From Lama guanicoe (lineage: Eukaryota), in NCBI GenBank assembly GCA_013239625.1, contig MU055609.1, positions 7,858,408-7,922,407 on the forward strand: a stretch of 64,000 nucleotides of DNA, given 5' to 3'. This document shows positions 1 through 11,190 of this stretch, piece by piece; the first letter of the stretch is position 1; the number at the start of each line of letters is the position of its first letter. The translations under genes were made by a program, and so were the position numbers. The notes beneath the pieces are model-generated. The model saw only the letters and a list, made by a program, of their open reading frames with translations. It was not told the DNA's origin and made no database searches.

Positions 1-37
1 ATTATAAATCAATAAAAAATGTTAAAAAAAAAAAAAA
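1..37 (+). mobile_element. 3' end and poly(A) tail of a young L1 (continues left of the window)
   Basis: attataaatcAATAAAaaatgtt followed by an A14 tail. Resembles the L1 tails at 17270-17336 and 61781-62005. Confidence 0.75.
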
Positions 38-147
38 GAAGTACATATCCTTGTGGGCCAAGTTGGCTCAGGCCACCTGGATCTGGCTCTACAGCTCACC
101 AGAGGAGTCCTGGCAGTTGTGAAAAGTGGCCATGTGATAGCCCATAG
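38..147 (-). pseudogene. DPM3: DPM3 processed pseudogene, 3' half
   Basis: Translates GYHMATFHNCQDSSGEL*SQIQVA*ANLAHKDMYF versus DPM3 [35 protein letters not shown]. Two nonsense changes (CAG>TAG, CGA>TGA). Confidence 0.92.
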
Positions 148-763
148 TGACACAGGAAGGGGGCAGGGCACAGCCATTCAAGGAATAACACAGCAATTAA
201 CACCAGAATGGCGAAAGATTCAACCCCTCAAGGTGGTGGGAGATTTGACTTCTAGAAAACCTTGAGCTACATTATATGCCTATTGTACTATATTAGCATG
301 GTGAATAGCATGCCCACAGGCTGCAGGCCTGAGGCTAGCCACAAAAGGTCAAAGAGTGGGAAAAGGCCAACTTACAGGGAATCCCAGCCCCTTCCCCAGG
401 CTAGTTAAACTGGTCCTTCCACTTATTAGCATATAAAGGTACCGAGCCCATGAAAACTGGCAACACCGAGCCTCGTGGCCCCTGCCTCTCTCTGTCCCTT
501 TCCGGAGACGACCTGCACTCTGTCTGTGGAGTGTGTACCTACTTTTACTCTAATCTGAGCACCCAACCCCCATACTTCGTGGCCTTTCTCTTGGCTTTTG
601 ATGCATCTCTAAATAAATCTACCTTTACTCAACTGTGGCTCGCTCTTAAATTCTTTCCTGTGTGAAGCCAAGGACCCACACTTCGCACGGCACGTCCCAG
701 GGGCTCAACTGAGGCCTGGGACACAGCCCTCCTCCATGCCCGACATCCATTGTTCCTGCATCA
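148..763 (+). mobile_element. Solo LTR, ERV1-class (616 bp)
   Basis: TG...CA ends with imperfect inverted termini TGACACAGGAA / TTCCTGCATCA. 4-bp TSD atag (144-147) / acag (764-767). TATAAA at 432-437, AATAAA at 612-617. Precisely interrupts the DPM3 reading frame. Confidence 0.9.
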
Positions 764-927
764 ACAGTGCCCAGGGCATAGGCGGACACCAGCAAGTAGG
801 TGGGCAGTGGCCACAGGTGCTCCCAGCAAGCCGAGGGCAGCTCCAGGCCCAGGGCTTCCATGGTCAGGGCTGCCCAGGTGGAGCCCAGGAGTGCCAGTCC
901 CCACAGCCACTGCCCTAATTTCATCAT
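764..927 (-). pseudogene. DPM3: DPM3 processed pseudogene, 5' half
   Basis: accATG at 927. [55 protein letters not shown] versus DPM3 [57 protein letters not shown], with a 6-bp in-frame deletion. Confidence 0.93.
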
Positions 928-954
928 GGTCACTCTGGCCCCCTAATTTGATCT

Positions 955-1088
955 TAAGAAGTCTGTTTCTTTACTGGTAAAAAGGGGGACAATTTTCCTT
1001 CAAAGGGTTTTGGTAAAGAATTAAGAGAACAGATTTAATGTGCTAGCACACATCTAGCATTTGGTATCTACTTAGTAAATATCATCAT
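955..1088 (+). mobile_element. MIR SINE fragment
   Basis: Degenerate core/tail: gtttctttactggtaaaaagggg...gtgctagcacac...cttagtaaatat. Confidence 0.55.
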
Positions 1089-2504
1089 GTGATGAGTCGG
1101 ACAGGCTTTCATGGGCCAGCCTGGGACTCTAGTGCCCACTGGGACACACCTTTCAATTTCACCACACAAGCAAACATCTGGAACACTACCAGTGACTGCC
1201 TATCAAATCACTCTCTCCTCTGTCAGGCCGGGGGGTCTGGATCATCTTTACCACTTCTCTGCGCTGAATTTCCTCTAGCACATTCCTACAGACTCCGCTG
1301 CTTCACATCCACAAAGCACTTTCTACTTTCCAAAGTGACTTCACAGGCTGCTCTCAGCGATTCTCACCAAGGTGGTAAGGCAGGCGTCGTCTGTCATGAC
1401 AGATGGGGCAGCAAGACCAGGGCTGGGGGCTGCCCCTTCCCACACAGCACCCCAGGTGCCTTCATGGTGCACAGTGAGGGCCTGGGCTGGGCAGGGTGGG
1501 AGGAACAGCATGGCCTGGGGAAAATGTTTCCTGAATCACCTGGCAACACCCTGGCCCTTGTCTGACCCATCACAGTACAGAAGGAGCGGACTTGGAAAGC
1601 ATGGTAAAGGCATGATCTTGGGTGCTACGAGGAGGGTGAGGTGAGAGGAAAGGCATTCTTCTCTGCCCTGGAAAGGTGCTTCTTTAGGAAAACACTGGTC
1701 TCAGAACATGAGAGTTTGTTCATTCCTCCGTTCTTGAACGTTACTGTGACCAGGTCCTGTGCTGGGAGAGTCTTTGCTTCAAGGAACCCATGGTGTGGTG
1801 AGGGAAGCAAACAAGTGAAGAGTGCAGTACAGAGGGCCACTCCTGGTGGGGAAGATCGTTCCTGTCCACGGGGAGGACACCCTCGGGGTAACAGTCCAGG
1901 CCTCTCTGTACCCCCATCCCTCTTTTCCTGGGAATATGGCTCTCAATAGGCTTCAATAAAGGAAATGAGCATGTGAGCCTCAGACACTGCCTGCTCCCTC
2001 CCTCTGGGAGCCAGATGCCAGCCAGAAGCACACTTTCTATTCCAGGCTCTAAGTCCTACAGGTGCAGGCTATGCTCTCACATGCAGAGGCCTGTGACCTA
2101 GCATGTCAGTCTGTCCGATTGTGGGGTTCGGTGTTAGGAAGCCCACTGTGTCCACGCAATCCATCTGGGCCTTAATCAGTAATAAAGATGAACTTAGGAT
2201 TCCATAAGCTTTTCTGTTTTTATCTCTCAACTGATTTAGAACTTGGATGTAGAAAACAGGGGTGTCATCAGTTGGGCCCCTTTGAATTACAAGGATCTCT
2301 ATCATTGACTGGACGTCTGCATGAGCTCCGCATTCTATCCACAATACCGCTAACCTCCACAACCCTAGTTCGTGGTAAGTGGAAACAAAGGTGACAGGTG
2401 ACGCTGGTGATCCCAGCAGAAAGCATCAGCCTTGAAATCTGTTTCACAGAAACTTGATGCTGGATGTGACCTCAGAAGTTCAGGGCAGAATCCAAGACGG
2501 ATTA

Positions 2505-2650
2505 TAATCCACCTTATACATCTCCAAGGTCAGGAAGCGCACTACCCCATGAGACATCCTGCACCATCACCACAACCCCTGGTTATTGGAAAGTTCTTCC
2601 TTCTGCTGAGTTCCAGCCTGTCTTCCCTGCAGCTTCTGACCTTCTCCTAT
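2505..2650 (-). mobile_element. L3/CR1 LINE fragment
   Basis: caggaagcgcactacc...ttattggaaagttcttccttctgctgag is typical of a reversed L3 3' region. Confidence 0.5.
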
Positions 2651-2834
2651 TTCTACTTTGGCTCCACAAAGTAGGAGCTTCCTTCCTGTCCAAATCACCC
2701 CTTATCTTGTGGGTCTCAATGAGGAGCTAGTTAGAGCATCAGGCAACTGTATTTTGAGACAGGCCACTCCAAGGAAGTTCTCATTTATGTTATTTTAACT
2801 GAAATGGAGCATTTATTCTGGAATGGAAAGGAGA

Positions 2835-3065
2835 CAGGGTTTAAGAGCAAGGGCTTTGGGGTTGGAGACATGTAGATTTAAATCCTAATCACTTGCTAGC
2901 TATAAATGGTAAGTCTTGGGGTAAGTCAATTGTGCTTTCTGAGCTGTATCACGTGAATAATCTAGAAGCTTTCTAAAGGAGCTGTTGTGGCCTTAAATGA
3001 GCTAACACATGTACGATTCTTAGGCACAATGCCTGGCACACAGTAAGTGCTCAGTAAATAGTGGT
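2835..3065 (+). mobile_element. MIR SINE
   Basis: ttaagagcaagggctttgggg...aatgcctggcacacagtaagtgctcagtaaat. Confidence 0.8.
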
Positions 3066-3579
3066 TTTGGATACAATGGTTATGTACTTATGCTTTATGC
3101 TCGACATGAGGCGGGAGATGACGACAACAGCCCCTCGCAAGTAGGGCTATCAGTCTAGCAGAGGAGATGCACTCATTTCCGAAGATCAGGCTGCAGATTC
3201 TCCCAATCTGTTGTAACACCCCACGCTCTGTGTGAGCACAAACTCTCCAGAGCACACGGATCCCTGGGGACATTTCCTCCAAAGAGACCAGGACGATGGC
3301 AGCAGGGAAGAGACTGGTGCTGCCCGGGCCTTCAAGGAGCAAACCCTCCTTGGGACTTCCAATCCTGCCTCCAGGAGCAGGGAGAGAAGAGAGAAGCCAG
3401 CTGCCTCCTAGAAATAACAGCTTTGTGAGGATCCACTTACCCCTGGGTGGCCGCAGGCAGGACAGGTGTCTGCTTCCGCAGCCGCACTCCTCATACTTCC
3501 CCTACCCATCACCTGATATATGACGTATGATTGATACGGTATTCTTTTATCAGGGGCAAGACCTGATGGTAACATGTCT

Positions 3580-4063
3580 AATGAGTTCTGATCATGCCAC
3601 TTCTTCCTGCTCCAAACGTTCAGCGTTTCTCCAGCACTTTGTGATGGAAACTCAAATCCCTTAACTAAGCATTCAAGGCCCTCTGGGATCTGGTCTGACC
3701 TTTCATCTCCTGCCAACCCCTCCATGCACCCTGTGCTTCAGTTCAAGCAAAATGTCTCTATTCTTGCTATCTGTTCATCATCATGGCAAAATGAACTCCT
3801 GCCCATCCTTCCAGGCCCAGCCTGAATGCCACCTCCTCCGTGAAGCCCAGGCACAGATGACTGCTCTCTCCGTGGACTCTACAGATGATACTCGTTTCAA
3901 TGGCAGCAGCTGTCACAGCCTGTCTCCCATCACAGCCATCTGCGCTAATACCTCATCTGCTCCAATGATCTGAGCATTCTGGTGGTCTCTGCAGACCCTC
4001 TGTAGCATCTAGTCTCAAAGCCTCACACAGGGCAGGAGCTCAGTAATGTTCTCCAAATTGAAA
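3580..4063 (+). mobile_element. L2 LINE 3' fragment
   Basis: tctgatcatgccact...gcattcaaggccct...ccttccaggcccagcctgaatgccacctcctccgtgaagcc...ctcagtaatgtt. Confidence 0.75.
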
Positions 4064-4707
4064 CAAAAACGTATAATACACTGTATGCACTGAATTTTAG
4101 CTCCTTTCCCAGGAACTAATTCTGATGTGGAGAAGAAGCTAGAAGGAATCACGGAGCTGAAGCGTATCCAAGAGTATCACGCGAGTATCTGGCATACAGT
4201 AGGCTGGATAAATATTTCATTAAAAAAATGGTGTGGTGATAGAATTCTTGTGCCTTCCAAATTGTTTTTCTAAGTCCACTAATTACTAAGGGGGATTACT
4301 TGGTATGAGGTCCTTGCTGTCTGTCTAGTGGCCCCCAGAAGGGAGAGACGTGCTAAAGGTTTCATGGCCTGGATAGAGGGAGAGCTGGTCTCAGGCTCGG
4401 GGTTTAGGACACTCAGTCTCCCAGCTAAACTGCAGCTCCTGATTCTTGCTTCACGGAAGACTGCTTAAGATCGCTGTGGTCACTTGGAAACTTCATAAGA
4501 CTTTCCACCATACAAAGCCTTTACATGTGCTCTCTGAGCTTTAGTAAGACTCAGACTCATTCTTTCCCTTCATATATATCCCTGAAACATGTAGCTAGAA
4601 AAAGTCTTCCCTTCTCCCCATGTAATTTTTCACCTTAGGGGTCACCTCGTTCACTGCCGTCTTCATTCTGGGGAGCACTGATCGAGCAGTCCACTACAAA
4701 CCATGAC

Positions 4708-4845
4708 TACCTGTAAGTGAGGTATTATTAGTGCCATTTTCCAGATGACAAACTCTGGCTCAATGAGATCAAGTACTTGTCCAAGGTCACACAGATGAAC
4801 TAAGAGCTGGATATGACTTGAGGTTCTGGGATCTTTCCACTACGC
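4708..4845 (-). mobile_element. MIR SINE
   Basis: ccattttccagatgacaaactctggctc...acttgtccaaggtcacacag. Confidence 0.7.
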
Positions 4846-5218
4846 CAGGCTAATGTGGACAGTGAAATAAAAGCCGTGTACTTGGCACAGACTGCTACTT
4901 TCCCTGGAAAGTTACCAAGCTGGAAAGATCATGCTATAATATTTTATTAGTTAGACTGTTAGAGCTGGAAGGAACCATTCTGCAGATAAGAGAATAAGCC
5001 CAGAGAAGTACACTAAGTTGTCCAAGGTCATCCTGGTAGTTTTTGAAGGGGGCAGACCTGACTCTCCATCTTAATTCAGAGCTCCTCTGAATGGACGAGG
5101 CAGGAAGGGAGAGAGTGTGGCTCTATGATCTTTGATAGACCAGCTGATTTATCCTGGGGCTTCCTGGTAACCATGGAGAAATGATCCTTTATTCCCCAGG
5201 GCTCCTGCTGTTCTAGGC

Positions 5219-5430
5219 CAGCATTGTCTAATGGAAGAAACTTCTGGGGTCAAGAAAATGTTCTAGAGCTGTGCTGTCCAATGTGATAGCTGCCAGCTAC
5301 ATGTGGCTACTGAGCACTTCAACTGTGCCTTGTGTGACTGAGGAACTGATATTTTCATTTTACTTAATTAATTTAAATTCATATATAAATAGCTATATGT
5401 GGCTAGTGGCTACTATACTGGACAGAACAG
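5219..5430 (+). mobile_element. MER3 (hAT-Charlie DNA transposon), near full length
   Basis: ctgtgctgtccaat...gctacatgtggctactgagcactt...gtgactgaggaactga...gtggctagtggctactatactggacagaacag. Confidence 0.88.
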
Positions 5431-5454
5431 CTTACGGCCCAGAAATGACACAAA

Positions 5455-5955
5455 GTTATAGCATCTAAGAGCCAGACGGGACCTTTAGGTCAGTTAGCCA
5501 GACTGCAGCCTGTTCCAGGAATCCCTTTTCCATCAGCCCTAATGATTCCGTTTGAATGTCTTCGGCAACCAGGGACTCAACCACCACCCAAGGCAAATGA
5601 TAGACATGTGGGTTCTCCTTCCAGGTGCTTGACATACAGGACTGAACTTCAGAGTCTCGGCAGATTTCTTTTTTCTCTAGAGGGTGGAAAACCAACCACC
5701 GTGGGGTGAGTACGTGAGTACAGCACCGTGTGGCCATCTTTCTCATTTGCCTCTGGACAACTCTTAGAGTGGGCGGTCTTTCCGAAACGCAGAGGAGCAG
5801 ACAAGGGGATGCAAGACACCAGAGATGGCCTGACCAAGAGTGGACAAGAAAGGACCACTATTTCCTGGGATCTAGAATCCACAATTCTCCTAACACAGCC
5901 GAGGTGCGCTGATTTATTTATTTATTTATTTAGCCACTCAAATCACGCTGTGGGC
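5455..5955 (-). mobile_element. L3/CR1 LINE fragment including degenerate ORF2 C-terminus
   Basis: ORF 5649..5882 SRSQEIVVLSCPLLVRPSLVSCIPLSAP resembles the CR1 motif [28 protein letters not shown]. Confidence 0.75.
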
Positions 5956-6472
5956 TTCTTTTACACTTGTAAACAGCTAAAGCGCCCAAGCCCCATTCCA
6001 CACCCTTCTGAAAACCTAAGTGTCCTTGTAACCTGTACCTGTCCAATTTTTTTTTTTGTAACCCAGACACAGGACACTGTGGATGACTTTTAAGATACTG
6101 GGACCATATCAGCCTCACTGGGCAGAGAGTACTGGGGGTTGTACTTCCATCTCGCAAACTCTCACACCTGTATCTGAAATTATTCACTCAAAGGAAGTTA
6201 ACAGGGCACTGAAAAGTAAAGCAGCCCAACAGAACCTCTCATGGGAGAGGCCGCCTGGTACAACTCAGGTTAACGAGTCTCCTGTTTCCCGTGGCGTCAT
6301 CAGTGCCCTCTCTTTGCTCCTTGGGGATACAGTGATCCAGTCATCCCTGCTGACCTTGGCAGAGAAGCACTCCCACATCAGCTCTGACTATAGCCATAAT
6401 GGGGGAGGAGAGAAAAATGCGTGTTTTATTATTAACAAGACTGGAGGAGGTAGTCTATCATTTCTGGGTGGG

Positions 6473-6604
6473 NNNNNNNNNNNNNNNNNNNNNNNNNNNN
6501 NNNNNNNNNNNNNNNNNNNNNNNNNNNNNNNNNNNNNNNNNNNNNNNNNNNNNNNNNNNNNNNNNNNNNNNNNNNNNNNNNNNNNNNNNNNNNNNNNNNN
6601 NNNN
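6473..6604 (-). CDS. ELAVL4: Inferred ELAVL4 exon 3 (rest of RRM1) hidden in N-run
   Basis: Sequence is not visible. The minus-strand upstream flank is a branch/polypyrimidine tract (cctcacttccctccctctgcctgcaacccac) ending exactly where AG is expected. 132 N can hold AG plus an exon of about 104 nt plus a donor. The [10 protein letters not shown] exon is not found elsewhere in the ORF track. Confidence 0.7.
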
Positions 6605-8559
6605 GTGGGTTGCAGGCAGAGGGAGGGAAGTGAGGATCCCTGATGACCCTTGGTGAGAGAAAGAAGAGGAGGGGCAAACTGGAACCTGCAAAACTCAAGT
6701 GTGGGAAGATCCCCTGGAGGCACCGTTAGTGCTCTTAGAAGAATGAAGCAAAGATGGAGAAACGGCTAAGCAGCATCACAGCACAGAGAGGCTGAAATAA
6801 AGGAGCGGCTCTCCTGCCCGGAGAAGGGAGGTTTTTTCCTTCTGAAAAGCCTTCACTCACACACCTTCCCTCCTCTAGTCCTGCTCCCTCCGGAACCTGG
6901 CTGCTGCCTGGTGATAAAGCTTCTTTCTTCCTCTCTCACCCCCTCTCCTGACAGAGTGCCAACCCTCCTGGGTTCACTCAGAGTGGCAGGAGCAGCCTTT
7001 TTGTCCCCTCATCCCAACCTAATCCTGAAATCACGTCTCCAGTTTGCACAAGAGCTGTGCTCTGGGAATGCTTTCTTTAAAGTCTTATTTTTATAATTTG
7101 TGTAATAGCTTAATGCAATTATTAGAAGAAGACAAGCCACAAAATCATTGGTAAACGTAATGCAATGAGAAAAGGAAGAAAATATATAAAAATGTCAACA
7201 GCACTAAGTTGGGGATGGCTGACACTGCCTTCATTATATGATAATGCATTTCCCAAATTATTTATAAATAAGCATGTCTTGCTTTTAAAATTAGTTAAAA
7301 ACTCCTAATATAACTGGTGAAAATCAATGTCTAAGACTGACAAAACCTACCATTGCAGCCTGCAAGCCACTGGTTTCATTCATCAAACACCTCAAGTGAC
7401 ACACCATTGCCAGATAAGCCTTCTTGGAGCTTTACTCTGGCTGGATCCCTCTCCTGCTCAAAACTTGCACAGCTCCCTTCTCCCTACTCCAATCAAATGT
7501 GAATTCCTGAGGCCCAGTGGCTGCCCCATCTCACTGCATTAGAGGTGCCCCTTGGCATCTTTCTGGCCCCCATGAGAGAGGAGCTCCCAGAGGCAGGGCA
7601 GTGAACGCTTCTCTCATTGCACTTCTCAAACTCAGGTTAAAATCCAAACAGGTGTGCCATTACGCTGAAAGGTTTAGTGGGAGTGATTCTAAGCCCTCAG
7701 ATTCCACTTTGGATCATTTTTAACTGAAGGCTCTTGGTGTAGCTTGCACATCAGCCCAAAGTTTTGGTAAACATACCCCTCTTCTGAAGGTACTGCAGAA
7801 CCATCCACCTTTGTTCCTAATCAGTGCGACACAAAGCTGAACCACTGCAGCTGCATCCAGCAGACGGCTTCTCAGTCAGAGGCTGGAATTACTGGGCAAA
7901 TTCCGAAGCCGCTACTGTAAAGCCCGTGGAGAGGCTCAGGATGGGGACAGGCATCCAGGGTGGGGCCAGGGAGCACTGGGGATCATTTTGCAGAACCCAT
8001 AGCCATTTTGCCCAGTGCTTCTCAGAGTCTAAAGTGATCTCCGTTGGAGACAAGTTGAGGGGAAAGGCTAAACAGCACTTTCAAAACCCTGAACAGGGCA
8101 AAGACTTTCCACTGAGTTTAGGGTTGATATGCTGAGAAAAGACCTAGTTTTGGGTCTTTGGCAGGTGAGACAGTGTAAGCCCATTGCCCATACCTGATGC
8201 CATTCTGACACATATGGATGGGAGAATCTCCAGGGCACTGCCGTCTCTGGGTCACCTACATCCTAGGACCTGGCACAGGGCCTAGAAAGCAGGGGTCTGA
8301 GAAGAAATGATTTGAAGTCAGGTTTGTCTCCAGATGGATGGCAGAAGACCCGAACCACAAGCCCTGGAAGAGCCATGCCATTCACTGTCTGCTTTTTGTA
8401 CCTCCTTCCCACACCAGGGGGTATAACCCTTGTGTGTGCAGAGACAAATACAGACCATACACTCTCACTGAATGCACGTGCTGCTGAGCAGACAGGCAGT
8501 GTGACATTCCAACACTGATGACCTATTGCCAGAGTTATTTTTAAAACATTTTTTTTCTC

Positions 8560-8700
8560 ACTCTAAATCTCACTGAGTGATCCTAGATAAATCTCTTAAC
8601 CTCTTTGGGCCTCAGTTTCCTCATATGTATAAAGGAGAAAGAGCTATTTTAAGAATTAGAGTTGATGTGTGTAAAGCATCTAGCCTTACAAATGCTTCAA
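8560..8700 (+). mobile_element. MIR SINE
   Basis: cttaacctctttgggcctcagtttcctcatatgtataaagg. Confidence 0.75.
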
Positions 8701-9018
8701 GGATTAAAGGTTATCAAGCATGCGAAGGGGTGAGAATACTATTAGACACAGAGTAAATACATAGGGTATCCTTACCATTAATAATAATTATTATTATTAT
8801 TTCCTTTTAAGCTCACACTCACACATTAAGTAGCTCCTCTTCTGGAAGAATCTTTCACAGAACCTTTGGGTGCTAACTCAGCTTGACTGCTGGCCACTTG
8901 TCTGCCTTTGGACAAGTCACTTCATCTCTGAGGCTGATCCCCAAGAAGGGGTGGGAGCCTACTACCTTCTTCCACTAAAGAAGTTATAATCCAAAGAACA
9001 ATTCCTCTGCAGTCACAT

Positions 9019-9886
9019 GTTTGCAAACATGTACTAGATGGTTCCAAGGAGATCTTTGTAATGCATGCTTCCAAAGCAGACACTTGGTTTTATACCAGAT
9101 AGGCAAGTTATCCGCATCGTCCACACTACTGGGAAGGGCTTATTTAATGAATTACATTCTTTCTCTGCTTTGATGCTGTGTCTGCACCTGGCCTTGCCCT
9201 CCAAGTGCCCTCAGTATTCGCACATGGTCACAGTACATCCCCCTAAATAAAGGGGAAATGAATATTTGTTAATAGGGAACCATCATTTGTGGGCACTTTC
9301 TACTAGCAGCCTAGTAATGAATCATTCACTTCCAACAGACAAAACAGTGCTTGTGCACTTAAATTTGAGTTCAGAAGCTGCAAACCACTTGTCCACAGGT
9401 CAACTATAAAGTTTAGTTTGGCTTGCCTACATAATGCTTTAAATTTTTTTAAGCTGGTTTTCAATCTTTTAAAATTGGGAGATTTGGCATTGAAAAAAAT
9501 CTAGATTTTGGTTTCTACTGAATAATTGGGAGATCTGACAATAATCTGCCCTTAAACAACCAGCAGTAGCTGAAGAATAGCTGCCCTTTTCAGGGCTCTC
9601 CAGCTCACCAGGCTCCACTGCCCCTCCAGGGCTTTCCAGAACTACCCAGGAATCTCCCTGTTAATCACTCACCTTCAAAGCTTCGGAATTAACTCTTGGT
9701 TTGCCTGCATCTATGCTGTACACTACACTTAAAGTTGCGTGCTTTTCATGAAGCACTCTAGAAATGTGAGAAGGAGGGACAGACTTGACCAAAGTTTGCA
9801 AACATGTACTAGATGGTTCTGAGGAAATCTCTGTAATGGATGCTTTCCAAAGAAATGCTTGTTTTTTTCCAGAAAGGAAAGTTATC
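9019..9886 (+). repeat. Dispersed diverged direct repeat of about 94 bp (9019-9112 and 9794-9886)
   Basis: Both copies begin with the identical 26-mer gtttgcaaacatgtactagatggttc and stay alignable to aagttatc. Confidence 0.9.
9372..9625 (+). mobile_element. MER102-like hAT-Charlie DNA transposon
   Basis: cagaagctgcaaac...taaaattgggagattt...aaaatctagatttt...gatctgacaa...gctgcccttt...gctctccagctcacca. Confidence 0.7.
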
Positions 9887-11063
9887 TATTCCTTCATGGG
9901 AGTCAGAGCAAAGAGGTAAATCTCATATCACTTATCAAAGCAAACTGAAGCAGAAGAAGTAAATAGTGGCCTGAAAGGCAGAAAAGCAATTTAAAAAAAT
10001 TAATAAATGATGAGACTATTAACAGCACACGGAAAGGGTTTGCTTTTTCCCTTCCCTTTAATATGATTTTTACCTTAAACACTGTGTCCCTTTAGGAAAG
10101 GGAAGAAAAGTTAATAAAGGAACCTTTCACTCAAACTTAATTTTCAGTATGGCAAATAAACTGCTTTAATGAAAGGGCCAAAATCCCCACGTTTGCACAT
10201 TAAATTTTCATTCGCTGTAGAGAATGGAAATTATTGATTCAGCCGTGGCATCATGCATTTGGAATCCTACAGTGGCTCGGAAGCCCACGTTACTGCTGGG
10301 TGCAAATGTGTTGGCAGCATTTTGATGCAGGGTGAGCATGGGGTGGGTGAGGGGGTGGGGAAAGGGATATAGAGAAGGGAAGGAGGCAGACTGACTCTTC
10401 ACAGAAAGAAAATAATCAGTGTTCCTCATCTCTAAGATCTACTTAGAAAAAACACTGCTTCTCATGGCACCATGGGCCAGGGGGTGCATTCTGAGATCAG
10501 AAAAGCCAGATGTACTTAGTGTTTTGGGAGTCCCCAATGGCTTCATGGAATACTTTCTTTAAAAATAGCAGAATGGATGGATGATGATGATTTGATTCTA
10601 AGCTCTTGGGAGGTTTGGGTTTTAAGAAAACTGCAGAGGAGAGAAAAGTATCTTTCTCAGTTCAAGGTCAGGGTGTTCATCAAGGGAAGAGTAAATGTCT
10701 GACATTCTAATGATGAGCTGGATAGCGCAGAAAAATCAATCAAACCCACAAATACAGCTCTCAACCTGGTGTGGCCTCATCAGAGTCAGGTGGCAAGAGC
10801 ACCCCATCCTAAAGCATGAAAATAGGTATGTTTTTCCTTTGAAAGAAATTAATTCTCCTGCCTCTCAGAGGACTACCCCATAATTAAACAACTCTCAATT
10901 ACTTCCCCCTTAGAGGACTCATGGGGACTGATTCTAGGCTGAGACTGAGGCAACCTGAATCAAGCCCGTTTTGGGGTCTTTGTGAAGTATAGGCTGCATG
11001 AGATTAGGAAGGTGATCACCTTTATAAATAAGCTAAACTAAACTGCAACAGTAGAGTTCATTA

Positions 11064-11190
11064 AAAGAAAGAAAGGAAAGAAGGAAAGGGAAGGAAATAA
11101 AGAAGGAGGAGGGGAAGGAGGGAGAAATGTAGGCAGAAAGGAAGGAAGGAAGGAAAAGAAAAAAATAGAAAAGAGAGGAAAAAAGAAGAC
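11064..11190 (+). repeat. GA-rich low-complexity tract
   Basis: (gaaa/gaag)n-like purine tract. Confidence 0.85.

Noticed and set aside
646-933. 95-aa ORF as a functional DPM3 paralogue
   Set aside because: Only the first part (927-764) is DPM3. The remainder is antisense LTR sequence, and the true C-terminal half (38-147) carries two stop codons.
1089-1949. Overlapping 70-160 aa ORFs in GC-richer sequence (similarly 28139-28773, 40948-41428, 52279-54094)
   Set aside because: No recognisable domains, present on both strands and several frames, many overlap L2/MIR. Expected by chance.
2069-2362. ORF with ankyrin-like words (ECGAHADV, DMLGHRPLHV)
   Set aside because: Motif spacing does not fit 33-aa repeats, the start is not a clear ATG, and there is no poly(A), TSD or splice support. 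A tblastn/HMMER hit to an ankyrin family would be needed.
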